Of a stretch of DNA of 64,000 nt, positions 32,598-41,468 are shown piece after piece. The stretch covers positions 124,001 through 188,000 of the IMG/VR virus record IMGVR_UViG_3300023174_000038. One strand, written 5' to 3'. Every line of letters starts with the position of its first letter. The first letter of the stretch is position 1. The notes beneath the pieces are model-generated. The model saw only the letters and a list, made by a program, of their open reading frames with translations, searched no databases and was not told the DNA's origin. The translations under genes and the position numbers were made by a program.

Positions 32598-33569
32598 ATG
32601 CCAGTAACGATAACAGCGGGAATTACATTTAGTGGGGGTGGATTGACTATGGCCTTTGCACCACCCTCAGGACCAACAGCAGGTTGGTTTGGTAGCGGGA
32701 TAACTTCGGGGGTAACGGTATCATTAGTAAATAGAATAACATATGCAATTGATACGGCGACAGCTAGTGTGCGCGGTCCGCTAAGTTTAGGGAGAAAAGG
32801 ATTAGTTGCTACCGGTAATCTTGATTATGGTTGGTTTGGTGGAGGTACTATAGCAGCTGGTAGTGGCGTTCTTGTAACTCTAGTTGATCGCATTATATAT
32901 GCGACAGATACCGCTACTGCAGGCGTTCGCGGCCCATTAAGTACAGCTAGAGGATATTTAGGCGCAACAGGTAATACAACTGATGGTTGGTTTGGGGGAG
33001 GTGCTGCCACCTCCCCCTTCGTATATTATTCAACTGTAGACCGCATCACTTATGCAACTGATACTGCAACAGCAACTACACGTGGACCGTTGAGTTCAGC
33101 AAGAGTCAATGTGATTGCAACGGGCAATACAACTAATGGATGGTGGGCAGGCGGCTACGCAGGTAGCCCAACTCCCGCAGGATTCCGGTCTACTATAGAT
33201 CGTGTAACATTTTCAACTGACACTGCAACCGCTAGTGTTCGTGGTCCATTAAATAATACAAATGGGAGAATGGCTGCAACCGGTACTCCAACTGACGGAT
33301 GGTTTGGCGGCGGCTATAGAGGCTCTATCGTAGAACGAGTAACATTTTCAACAGATACGGCGACAGCTAGTGTTCGCGGTCCGTTAAGTTCAGGAAGAAG
33401 CTATTTGGCGGCATCAACCGATAGTACAACATATGGTTGGTTTGGTGGCGGTGGATCAATTTCTACAGTAGACCGAATAACATATGCTACAGACACTGCA
33501 ACTGCAACTGCACGTGGACCGTTGAGTTCAGCAAGAAGCTACTTGGCAGCAACCTCAGGTGTCCAATAA
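32598..33569 (+). CDS. Kelch-like six-repeat beta-propeller virion protein, paralogue 1
   Basis: Six ~50-aa repeats GWFGGG...VDRITYATDTATASVRGPLS.AR. Confidence 0.65.
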   Translation: MPVTITAGITFSGGGLTMAFAPPSGPTAGWFGSGITSGVTVSLVNRITYAIDTATASVRGPLSLGRKGLVATGNLDYGWFGGGTIAAGSGVLVTLVDRIIYATDTATAGVRGPLSTARGYLGATGNTTDGWFGGGAATSPFVYYSTVDRITYATDTATATTRGPLSSARVNVIATGNTTNGWWAGGYAGSPTPAGFRSTIDRVTFSTDTATASVRGPLNNTNGRMAATGTPTDGWFGGGYRGSIVERVTFSTDTATASVRGPLSSGRSYLAASTDSTTYGWFGGGGSISTVDRITYATDTATATARGPLSSARSYLAATSGVQ

Positions 33570-33584
33570 TAGAAAGAATATCTA

Positions 33585-34598
33585 ATGCCAGTAACAATAA
33601 CAGGTGGAGTAACAATTACAGGGACCGGTGTCACAATGTTTGGTCCAGCCCCGGGCCCGGCTCCAGTATCTACAGCAGGATGGTTTGGTGGTGGATATGC
33701 TCCTGGAGCAGGTCCTGGAGCAGGAAACTATTCTACAGTAACTAGACTTACTTTTGCAACAGATACCGCAACAGCTACAGTTCGTGGACCATTAAGTTTG
33801 GCTAGATATGGATTCGCTGGATCAGGTACTTCAACTAATGGCTGGTTTAGTGGTGGACAAACATCTACATTAGAATCAACTATTGACCGTATAACTTATT
33901 CAAATGATACAGCTACTGCAAGTGTACGTGGACCATTAAGTTCAGCTAGAAGATATGCTTCTTCGGTAAGTGATAACTCAACTTATAGTTGGGTTAGCGG
34001 AGGAATAGATATATCTTTACCGAGCGTATATTCATCACAGGTAGCTCGCATAATTTATGCCACAGATACTGCTACTACAACTAACCGAGGACCATTAAGT
34101 ATAGCTAGATATGCAATTACTAGTATTGGTACTACTCAATATGGATGGAATATGGCAGGATATGAGGTGAATGGGTTTGTATCTACAGTTGACCGTATAA
34201 CTTATTCAAATGACACAGCTACAGCAAGTGTACGTGGTCCATTAACCGGTGGCAAATATAAAGCATCAACATTAACTGATAGTACTACATATGGTTGGTA
34301 TGCAGGTGGAACTAGCGGCTTCCCACTTTCAATAGTTAACCGTATCACATATGCAACAGATACAACTACCGCAAGTACACGAGGTTTTTTATCTGTGCCA
34401 AGAAGTAACTCAGCTGGCGTATATGACAATACAGCTGGGTGGGTTGGAGCTGGCCTAGCCAATGGCGGACCTCTTCCTACAGTATTATCATCAAGTATTG
34501 ATAGAATAATTTATGCTACTGATACCGCTACTGCAACCTCTAGAGGTTCAGTAGGCACAGCTAGAGCATATCCCGGCAGTTCATCTGGCGTACAATAA
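33585..34598 (+). CDS. Kelch-like six-repeat beta-propeller virion protein, paralogue 2
   Basis: Same repeat; ends SSGVQ. Confidence 0.65.
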   Translation: MPVTITGGVTITGTGVTMFGPAPGPAPVSTAGWFGGGYAPGAGPGAGNYSTVTRLTFATDTATATVRGPLSLARYGFAGSGTSTNGWFSGGQTSTLESTIDRITYSNDTATASVRGPLSSARRYASSVSDNSTYSWVSGGIDISLPSVYSSQVARIIYATDTATTTNRGPLSIARYAITSIGTTQYGWNMAGYEVNGFVSTVDRITYSNDTATASVRGPLTGGKYKASTLTDSTTYGWYAGGTSGFPLSIVNRITYATDTTTASTRGFLSVPRSNSAGVYDNTAGWVGAGLANGGPLPTVLSSSIDRIIYATDTATATSRGSVGTARAYPGSSSGVQ

Positions 34599-34601
34599 AA
34601 C

Positions 34602-36419
34602 ATGATCTCAGGCGCTACCCAATCAGGGTTTCACTTTCTACAACAACATATCAATTTCTCGTCTGATACTTCAGTAGATTTTGACCCGCATAAACTAATC
34701 AATAGCAATAAACAAATAAAGATATTATGGGCACACTATGCTCACGATCAACCAATCTTTTTAAACGTAGATTGGACTAAAATAACACATATAGTATGTG
34801 TAAGTAATTGGCAAAAAACTCAATTCATTAAGTATTTTAAGATACCACAACATAAAATATCTGTAATACGTAACGGTGGTGCAGACTATTTTACATATAA
34901 ACAAAAAACAAACAAAACTCTTATATACGCTAGTACACCATTTCGTGGACTAAAATATCTACCCTATATCTTTAAACAAGTACTAAAATGTCATCCAGAC
35001 GCCATTCTTAAAGTATTCTCGGGTATGAAACTGTACGGAGATAATGATACACAAGAGTTCAAACAAATATACAATGAACTAAAAAACACACCAAATACAA
35101 TCTACAGTGAACCAATTAGTCATCAACAACTAGCTAATGAGTTTAAAGAAGCATCAGTATTAGTTTATCCAAATATATGGGAAGAAACAAGCTGTGTAAC
35201 ATTGATTGAAGCAATGCGTTCAGGATGTTACCCAATATTAAGTGATATAGGTGCATTGCCCGAAACAAGTAATGGTTATGGGACTATTGTTCCATTAGAT
35301 GCAACATATCATGCAAGTGGATGGATACCAAGTGTACAGTTTTTAGATGATTTTGTAGATAATATTTGCCAAGTACTATCACAAACTAAATATACTCATA
35401 CTAAAGAGCAGGCTGAGTGGGCTTGTGAATACTATAACTGGAACACTATTGCTATTGAATGGCATACATTACTAAACAAACTATCAACAAAAGGATCAAC
35501 AATGAAAAAGAAAATGGAAATCTCTAGTCTAACATCACATACAGGTGATAAAATTGTACATGATGAAAAAGTACTATCACAAGTATTTGATGAAATCTTC
35601 CGCTGGGAAGAAGCAGATAAAGAACATGCTCAAGGACGTAGCAACTTCCAAATTGAAAAGTTTATCACATTAGATAACTATACAATTCCAAGTGCTTTCA
35701 ATGCTATGTTGAAGAATCGTAGAATTATGGCAGAAGGATTATTCAGCAAGATTACTGAGATGAAAGAACATCAACGTGAGTTTGATTATAAGTGGAATAA
35801 GAAAAACAAAGAAGAACCAATTCAATGGCCAACTAAAGATGGTGGCACTAAGTTGTGCTGGTATGATTTAGATTACTTAAATCTACAAAATTTCTTAAAG
35901 AGTAGTGAGTTAGAGATCCGTGATCGGGTACAACAGATTGCTACGTTTGATAAGATACTAGATAGATTAGTAGAACAGAATGGTGGTCCAATCACACGTG
36001 AACAGTTTGAGAATGAAGATCATGTATATTGGGAACGTAGATTAGCTAACCAAGCTATGGATGAGATGATTAGTCGTAACACTGGTATTGGTGTTGGTAA
36101 CATTCACAGTATGCGTAGAGCCAGTGCTCCTACATTAATTTCTGGTGATGTAAATCGTGTTAAGAATGATTTCCCTGATTTAGGTAAAGCATTGACTGGT
36201 GGCGAACATAGTGTAGAGTTCTTATTAGAGTTGCAAAAGAAAGTTGTTGCTGGTATTGAAGAAGTAACTAGTAGTGATATACTAGCATTAGCTAATGAAA
36301 AGGTTACAGAGCGTATTGGCATTACTGAACGGTTAGACAGAATGCATGAGAAACCGGCACAAGGTAAATCAGAAGTATCACCAAAGAGTTTGTTTAATGA
36401 CAAATGGAATAGTAAATGA
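34602..36419 (+). CDS. GT-B (GT4-like) glycosyltransferase fused to a helical domain
   Basis: VCVSNWQ, YASTPFRGL and EETSCVTLIEAM (EX7E) in aa 1-300; aa 301-605 is an unrelated helical region with its own RBS and ATG. Confidence 0.75.
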   Translation: MISGATQSGFHFLQQHINFSSDTSVDFDPHKLINSNKQIKILWAHYAHDQPIFLNVDWTKITHIVCVSNWQKTQFIKYFKIPQHKISVIRNGGADYFTYKQKTNKTLIYASTPFRGLKYLPYIFKQVLKCHPDAILKVFSGMKLYGDNDTQEFKQIYNELKNTPNTIYSEPISHQQLANEFKEASVLVYPNIWEETSCVTLIEAMRSGCYPILSDIGALPETSNGYGTIVPLDATYHASGWIPSVQFLDDFVDNICQVLSQTKYTHTKEQAEWACEYYNWNTIAIEWHTLLNKLSTKGSTMKKKMEISSLTSHTGDKIVHDEKVLSQVFDEIFRWEEADKEHAQGRSNFQIEKFITLDNYTIPSAFNAMLKNRRIMAEGLFSKITEMKEHQREFDYKWNKKNKEEPIQWPTKDGGTKLCWYDLDYLNLQNFLKSSELEIRDRVQQIATFDKILDRLVEQNGGPITREQFENEDHVYWERRLANQAMDEMISRNTGIGVGNIHSMRRASAPTLISGDVNRVKNDFPDLGKALTGGEHSVEFLLELQKKVVAGIEEVTSSDILALANEKVTERIGITERLDRMHEKPAQGKSEVSPKSLFNDKWNSK

Positions 36420-37123
36420 AAAACAATTTATTAACTAACATATTAATTGCACCCAATGTAATATCAAAAGAGGGTGTAGCTTTTATTATGGAGCATGCCA
36501 AGAGTCAACGAAAAGAAGATTTATCTGTATTTGATCCAGAACAAAGTAACAAAAGTGGCAACACCAAATTTAGTGTAGACAAGAAGGTTAGAGATACACA
36601 GATGATTGACCTAGAAGATATTGCTAGTGAGATTATTGATTTGTTTCGTAATGTTGTAACCAATGTTATTAATCCATTTTATGAGTTTGAGGTTAAAGAT
36701 TCTGAGTTGCCACAACTATTACATTATGGTGTAGATGGGCATTATATGCCGCATTGTGATGGTGAGTCACTATGGAAGCCACCTGGTAATGAGCCATTGA
36801 TTTGGCGTAAGAGTACTGATAGAGATTTAAGTACAGTATTGTTTTTGAATGATGATTTTGAAGGTGGGGATTTTGTATTCCCTGAATTAAAAGTAAGAGT
36901 TCGCCCAGAGCCGGGTATGTTAGTTTGTTTCCCTTCTACACATGAGTATTTGCATGGAGTTGAGCCAGTTACTAAAGGAACTAGATATAGTATTGTAAAT
37001 TGGATGACAGTTAAGGGTTTTCCAAGTATGGCAGACGAAACTAATATGATTAATCATAAATACAATATAGGTATTGATAAGCCTATATCTAATAAAAAGG
37101 AAAAAACATGGCTAAGTACATAA
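36416..37123 (+). CDS. Prolyl 4-hydroxylase-like 2OG-Fe(II) oxygenase
   Basis: HYMPHCD, LFLNDDFEGG, FPS...HGVEPVTKGTRYS. Confidence 0.85.
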   Translation: MKNNLLTNILIAPNVISKEGVAFIMEHAKSQRKEDLSVFDPEQSNKSGNTKFSVDKKVRDTQMIDLEDIASEIIDLFRNVVTNVINPFYEFEVKDSELPQLLHYGVDGHYMPHCDGESLWKPPGNEPLIWRKSTDRDLSTVLFLNDDFEGGDFVFPELKVRVRPEPGMLVCFPSTHEYLHGVEPVTKGTRYSIVNWMTVKGFPSMADETNMINHKYNIGIDKPISNKKEKTWLST

Positions 37124-37521
37124 AGCATTATTACGTAGATGGTGAGAATTTAGTAGAGTTCTTTGTTGATAAGAACATGGGACCAAACGGTAAGACACAT
37201 CCAAGAATTGACGGATTAGATGTTAAGTTTTGGTTTGTAGACACTAATGGTATTGATTACTGTATGAGTGTAGTACCAGATGAGACTGTTATTACTCCAG
37301 AAAATGGCTTGGGTGAGGGTACATATGAGCAGTGGTCCAATGAAATTGCTGGTCAATTTGAGTCACAGAGAGCAAGTGTAGCTAGCAATAGTGATATGTT
37401 GACACGATTGAGTAAGACTGAAGCTGAAGTATTAGCTATGGCTTTTGACAATAGTAGTGTTGAGTCAATGTTAGCTAGTTTTGCACAATTAGCACCCACT
37501 CCAGAAGTATTAGGCAGTTGA
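37108..37521 (+). CDS. Hypothetical protein
   Basis: AAGGA RBS; 137-aa ORF overlapping the upstream stop. Confidence 0.6.
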   Translation: MAKYIKHYYVDGENLVEFFVDKNMGPNGKTHPRIDGLDVKFWFVDTNGIDYCMSVVPDETVITPENGLGEGTYEQWSNEIAGQFESQRASVASNSDMLTRLSKTEAEVLAMAFDNSSVESMLASFAQLAPTPEVLGS

Positions 37522-37542
37522 TCCTTAAGCCATATTAGAAGT

Positions 37543-37550
37543 TATAAATA
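37543..37550 (+). promoter_or_regulatory. T4-type late promoter
   Basis: Intergenic TATAAATA upstream of Kelch-like paralogues 3-6. Confidence 0.65.
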
Positions 37551-37583
37551 GTGTGATAAATACACTATGATAAAGGTAAATAT

Positions 37584-38537
37584 ATGGCGATTGAGATAGG
37601 ACCAGGTTGGACGATAGGTGGTGGAATAACAGTTTCCAGTCCACCTTCTGCTCCTACAGTAGCAACAGCAGGCTGGTTTGTAGGTGGTACAGGTGGTGGC
37701 GCCGGCATTACCACTGTAAATAGAGTAACATTTGCAAATGACACAGCAACAGCAAGTGTTCGAGGTCCACTAAGTGTAGCCTTAAATGGGGGAGCAGGCA
37801 CCGGTAATACGACTTATGGTTGGTTTGGTGGCAGTTCCCTTAGTTCAGTGTATCAATCAACGGTCCAACGAATCACATATGCAACTGATTCAGCAACTGC
37901 AAGTGTGCGTGGTCCATTAAGTACAGCTAGAGGATATTTAGCCGCAACCGGTAACACAACTGATGGTTGGTTTGCTGATGGATTTGGTAGCATATCAATA
38001 GTAGACCGTATTACATATGCATCTGATACAGCAACTGCAAGTGTGCGCGGCCCCTTAAACTTGGGGGTATATGCCTTAGCCGCTACCGGCGATAGCACTA
38101 ATGGTTGGTTTGGCGGCGGAAGTGGAACTAGTGCAATACAACGTATCACCTATGCAACAGATACAGCCACTGGAACTATACGAGGGGCATTAAGCGGTAC
38201 AATAAGAGGTTTGGCGGCATCAACTGATAGCACTACATATGGCTGGTTTGGCGGAGGATACCAAACTATTGCACCTGTTTGGGCATCATTAGTTCAACGT
38301 ATTACTTATGCAACTGATACAGCCGCAGTAAGTGTTCGTGGTCCATTAAGTGCAGGAAGATTTTATTTAGCGGCATGCGGTAATACAACTGATGGTTGGT
38401 TTGGTTCAGGATACACACCTGCAGCAGTGTCATTAATAGATAGAATTACCTATGCAACAGATACAGCAACAGCCAGTGTGCGTGGTCCGTTAAGTTTAAG
38501 CACCTACTATCTCTCAGCGGCAGCAGGGACACAATAA
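37584..38537 (+). CDS. Kelch-like beta-propeller virion protein, paralogue 3
   Basis: Six GWFGG/ATDTATASVRGPL repeats. Confidence 0.65.
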   Translation: MAIEIGPGWTIGGGITVSSPPSAPTVATAGWFVGGTGGGAGITTVNRVTFANDTATASVRGPLSVALNGGAGTGNTTYGWFGGSSLSSVYQSTVQRITYATDSATASVRGPLSTARGYLAATGNTTDGWFADGFGSISIVDRITYASDTATASVRGPLNLGVYALAATGDSTNGWFGGGSGTSAIQRITYATDTATGTIRGALSGTIRGLAASTDSTTYGWFGGGYQTIAPVWASLVQRITYATDTAAVSVRGPLSAGRFYLAACGNTTDGWFGSGYTPAAVSLIDRITYATDTATASVRGPLSLSTYYLSAAAGTQ

Positions 38538-38558
38538 TAGAAAGAATAATATATGTCA
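38531..38558 (+). repeat. 28-nt exact gene-junction repeat (second copy 40451..40478; partial copy 33564..33580)
   Basis: ACAATAATAGAAAGAATAATATATGTCA spans the stop and start of Kelch-like genes. Confidence 0.85.
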
Positions 38559-39494
38559 GTAACATTTAGTGGTGGAATAACATTTACAGGTGGAGGGTTT
38601 AGTTTCACTGCCGCACCTCCGGTTGGTGCTACAGCTGGTTGGTTTGGTGGTGGTATACCAACGTATAGCACAGTACAACGTATGACATTTGCAACAGATA
38701 CTAGTGCTACTAGTATACGAGGCCCACTTAGTTCCGGCAGATACGGTCTATCGGGTGCCGGTACTCTCACAAATGGTTGGTTTGGCGGCGGCGCCACACC
38801 CGCATTATTATCAACAGTAGACCGAGTAACATATGCAACTGACACAGCAACTGCTAGTGTACGTGGTCCATTAACTGTTGCAAGAATGCAACTAGGAGCA
38901 TCAACTGATAGTACTACTTACGGTTGGTTTGGTGCGGGATATCTTGGATATCCGACTACTCTATCTACAGTAGACCGAATAACATATGCCACTGATACAG
39001 CAACAGCAATTAGTCGAGGGCCGGTACATCAGGCACTTGGGGTAGCGGCTACGGGTACAACTGCATATGGTTGGTTTGGTGGAGGTTATAAATACCCTAC
39101 TGGAAGCATGTCAACCATAAGCCGTATTGATTATTCAAGTGATGCATCAACTGCTAGTGTGCGCGGCCCATTAAGTGTGGCAAGGTTCCTGACCGGGGCT
39201 ACAGGTAATGATACTAATGGCTGGTTTGCTGGTGGGCAAGGTACCGTTGTAGATAGAATTACATATGCAACAGATACTGCAACAGCTAGTGTGCGTGGAC
39301 CATTAAATAGTCCGACACGTGAAGGTATAGCTGGTGTTGGTAATACTACAAACGGTTGGTTTGCCGGTGGCTTTAATACTAGTACTATAAACCGTATTAC
39401 ATATGCAACTGATACTGCGACGGCAAGCCTAACCGGTACTTTAAGTGAATACTTTCAAATTACAAAAGTCGGCGGCACCTCCGGTCAACAATAA
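38553..39494 (+). CDS. Kelch-like beta-propeller virion protein, paralogue 4
   Basis: Six GWFGG/ATDTATASVRGPL repeats. Confidence 0.65.
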   Translation: MSVTFSGGITFTGGGFSFTAAPPVGATAGWFGGGIPTYSTVQRMTFATDTSATSIRGPLSSGRYGLSGAGTLTNGWFGGGATPALLSTVDRVTYATDTATASVRGPLTVARMQLGASTDSTTYGWFGAGYLGYPTTLSTVDRITYATDTATAISRGPVHQALGVAATGTTAYGWFGGGYKYPTGSMSTISRIDYSSDASTASVRGPLSVARFLTGATGNDTNGWFAGGQGTVVDRITYATDTATASVRGPLNSPTREGIAGVGNTTNGWFAGGFNTSTINRITYATDTATASLTGTLSEYFQITKVGGTSGQQ

Positions 39495-39512
39495 CATAAA
39501 GGTTTAAAAAGA

Positions 39513-40457
39513 ATGAGTATAACAATAACTGGCGGATTTACAATGGCAGGCGGTGGATTTACACTGGTAGCTGCACCTCCATCTGATCCTACTGCTAGTT
39601 GGGTTGCCGGCGGAGTAGCTAGTGGAGTTGATATATCTACTGTGCAACGTATCACCTATGCAACAGATACAGCTACTGCAACTATACGTGGTTCATTAAA
39701 TTTAGCAAGAGATAGATTTGCGGCAACAGGTAATACAACTGATGGTTGGTTTGGCGGCGGAGCTTACCCTGCAAATTCTACAATACAACGAATAACATAC
39801 GCAACAGATACCGCAACAGCATCAGTGCGTGGCCCCTTAAGTTCAGCTAGATATAATTTGGGAGCAAGCGGTAATACAACTAATGGTTGGTTTGGCGGCG
39901 GTACTGATTACCCCGGAGTTTCTACAGTAGACCGTGTCACTTACTCAACAGATACAATAACCGCAAGTATACGTGGTCCATTAAGTTTGGCCCGCATTAC
40001 CCCGGCTGCAGCCGGTAATACAACTGATGGTTGGTTTGGTGGAGGAGCAACTGGAGCAACAGTGGTGTCAACAGTAGATCGCATTACATACGCTACAGAT
40101 ACAGCAACAGCAAGTGTACGTGGTCCACTAAGTTTAGCCCGCAAACAGGCTGCAGCCGCAGGTAATACAACGTACGGATGGTATGCTGGTGGCTATGCCG
40201 GCGGCTCGGTTGGTGGACTAGTGGATCGTATAACATATGCAACAGATACCGCAACCGCATCGGTACGTGGGCCGGTATATGATTCTTATCAAATAGCAGC
40301 ATCTGGAAATTCAACGTACGGATGGTTTGCTGGCGGTAGTGGTGACCTATCAACAGTACAACGTATCACTTATTCAAATGATACTGTTGCGGCAACTCCG
40401 CGTGGTCCATTAAGTGTAGGCGCCACAGGACAAGCGGCTGCATCAGGCGTACAATAA
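39513..40457 (+). CDS. Kelch-like beta-propeller virion protein, paralogue 5
   Basis: Six GWFGG/ATDTATASVRGPL repeats. Confidence 0.65.
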   Translation: MSITITGGFTMAGGGFTLVAAPPSDPTASWVAGGVASGVDISTVQRITYATDTATATIRGSLNLARDRFAATGNTTDGWFGGGAYPANSTIQRITYATDTATASVRGPLSSARYNLGASGNTTNGWFGGGTDYPGVSTVDRVTYSTDTITASIRGPLSLARITPAAAGNTTDGWFGGGATGATVVSTVDRITYATDTATASVRGPLSLARKQAAAAGNTTYGWYAGGYAGGSVGGLVDRITYATDTATASVRGPVYDSYQIAASGNSTYGWFAGGSGDLSTVQRITYSNDTVAATPRGPLSVGATGQAAASGVQ

Positions 40458-40472
40458 TAGAAAGAATAATAT

Positions 40473-41414
40473 ATGTCAATAACAATAACAACGGGTGGAA
40501 TAACAATGACTGGTGGAGGTGTAAGCTTTAGTGCCGCACCACCCTCCACACCAACAGCCAGTTGGGTAGCCGGCGGAGGAAATATATTATCAACGGTAGA
40601 TCGTATTACATATGCTACTGATACTGCTACTGCAAGTGTGCGTGGCCCTCTTAGTTGGGCAACTAACAAACAGGCAGCTACTGGTAATTTGACTTATGGT
40701 TGGTGGGCCGGCGGATTTGATGGTGTTGCTCCTACTGATTTTGCAAGTACAGTACAACGAATTACATATGCCACAGATACTGCTGCCTCAAGTATTCGCG
40801 GTCCAATAAATTCAGAAAAAACTATGTTGGCTGCTGCAGGAACCACAGATTATGGATGGTTTGCCGGTGGAGCTTTGTATGTACAAACAGAACAATCAAC
40901 AGTAGATCGTATAACATATGCAACTGATACAGCAACTGCATCATTACGTGGTACAATAAGTTTAGCTAGATACTATTTGGGCGGAACATCAGATGGTAGT
41001 ACGTATGGATGGTTTGGTGGTGGTTATGCACCTTATAGAAGTAGGGTGGATCGTATAACATATGCAACAGATACAGCAACTGCTAGTGTACGTGGTCCAT
41101 TAAATATATCTATAATAATACCGGCAGCAACAGGTAATACAACTAATGGTTGGTGGGGAGGCGGATATGCTTCCGGTGCTTCAACAGCAGTATATCGTGT
41201 AACTTATGCAACCGATACAAATACAGCAAGTGTTCGTGGACCATTAAGTCAATCTGTGGGTACTGCATCAGGAAACTTGTCTTATGGTTGGTTTATGGGT
41301 GCTATTAACGTAGATAGAATTGATTATTCAAATGATACTGCTACTGCAAGTTTGCGTGGACAACTAGCAACAAATAGATCTACTTATGGTGCATCAGCTT
41401 CGGGTGTACAATAA
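40473..41414 (+). CDS. Kelch-like beta-propeller virion protein, paralogue 6
   Basis: Six GWFGG/ATDTATASVRGPL repeats. Confidence 0.65.
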   Translation: MSITITTGGITMTGGGVSFSAAPPSTPTASWVAGGGNILSTVDRITYATDTATASVRGPLSWATNKQAATGNLTYGWWAGGFDGVAPTDFASTVQRITYATDTAASSIRGPINSEKTMLAAAGTTDYGWFAGGALYVQTEQSTVDRITYATDTATASLRGTISLARYYLGGTSDGSTYGWFGGGYAPYRSRVDRITYATDTATASVRGPLNISIIIPAATGNTTNGWWGGGYASGASTAVYRVTYATDTNTASVRGPLSQSVGTASGNLSYGWFMGAINVDRIDYSNDTATASLRGQLATNRSTYGASASGVQ

Positions 41415-41438
41415 AATATACGGGTAAGCTATCTCTAC

Positions 41439-41446
41439 TATAAATA
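41439..41446 (+). promoter_or_regulatory. T4-type late promoter
   Basis: Intergenic TATAAATA upstream of the kinase/nucleotidyltransferase gene. Confidence 0.65.
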
Positions 41447-41468
41447 TTTTTATATCAGGAGATAAAAC

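Noticed and set aside
32598-41414. Diversity-generating retroelement or CRISPR-like array behind the repeats
   Set aside because: No reverse transcriptase, non-coding template repeat or adenine-specific variation was seen; the repeats are in-frame protein repeats with synonymous changes.
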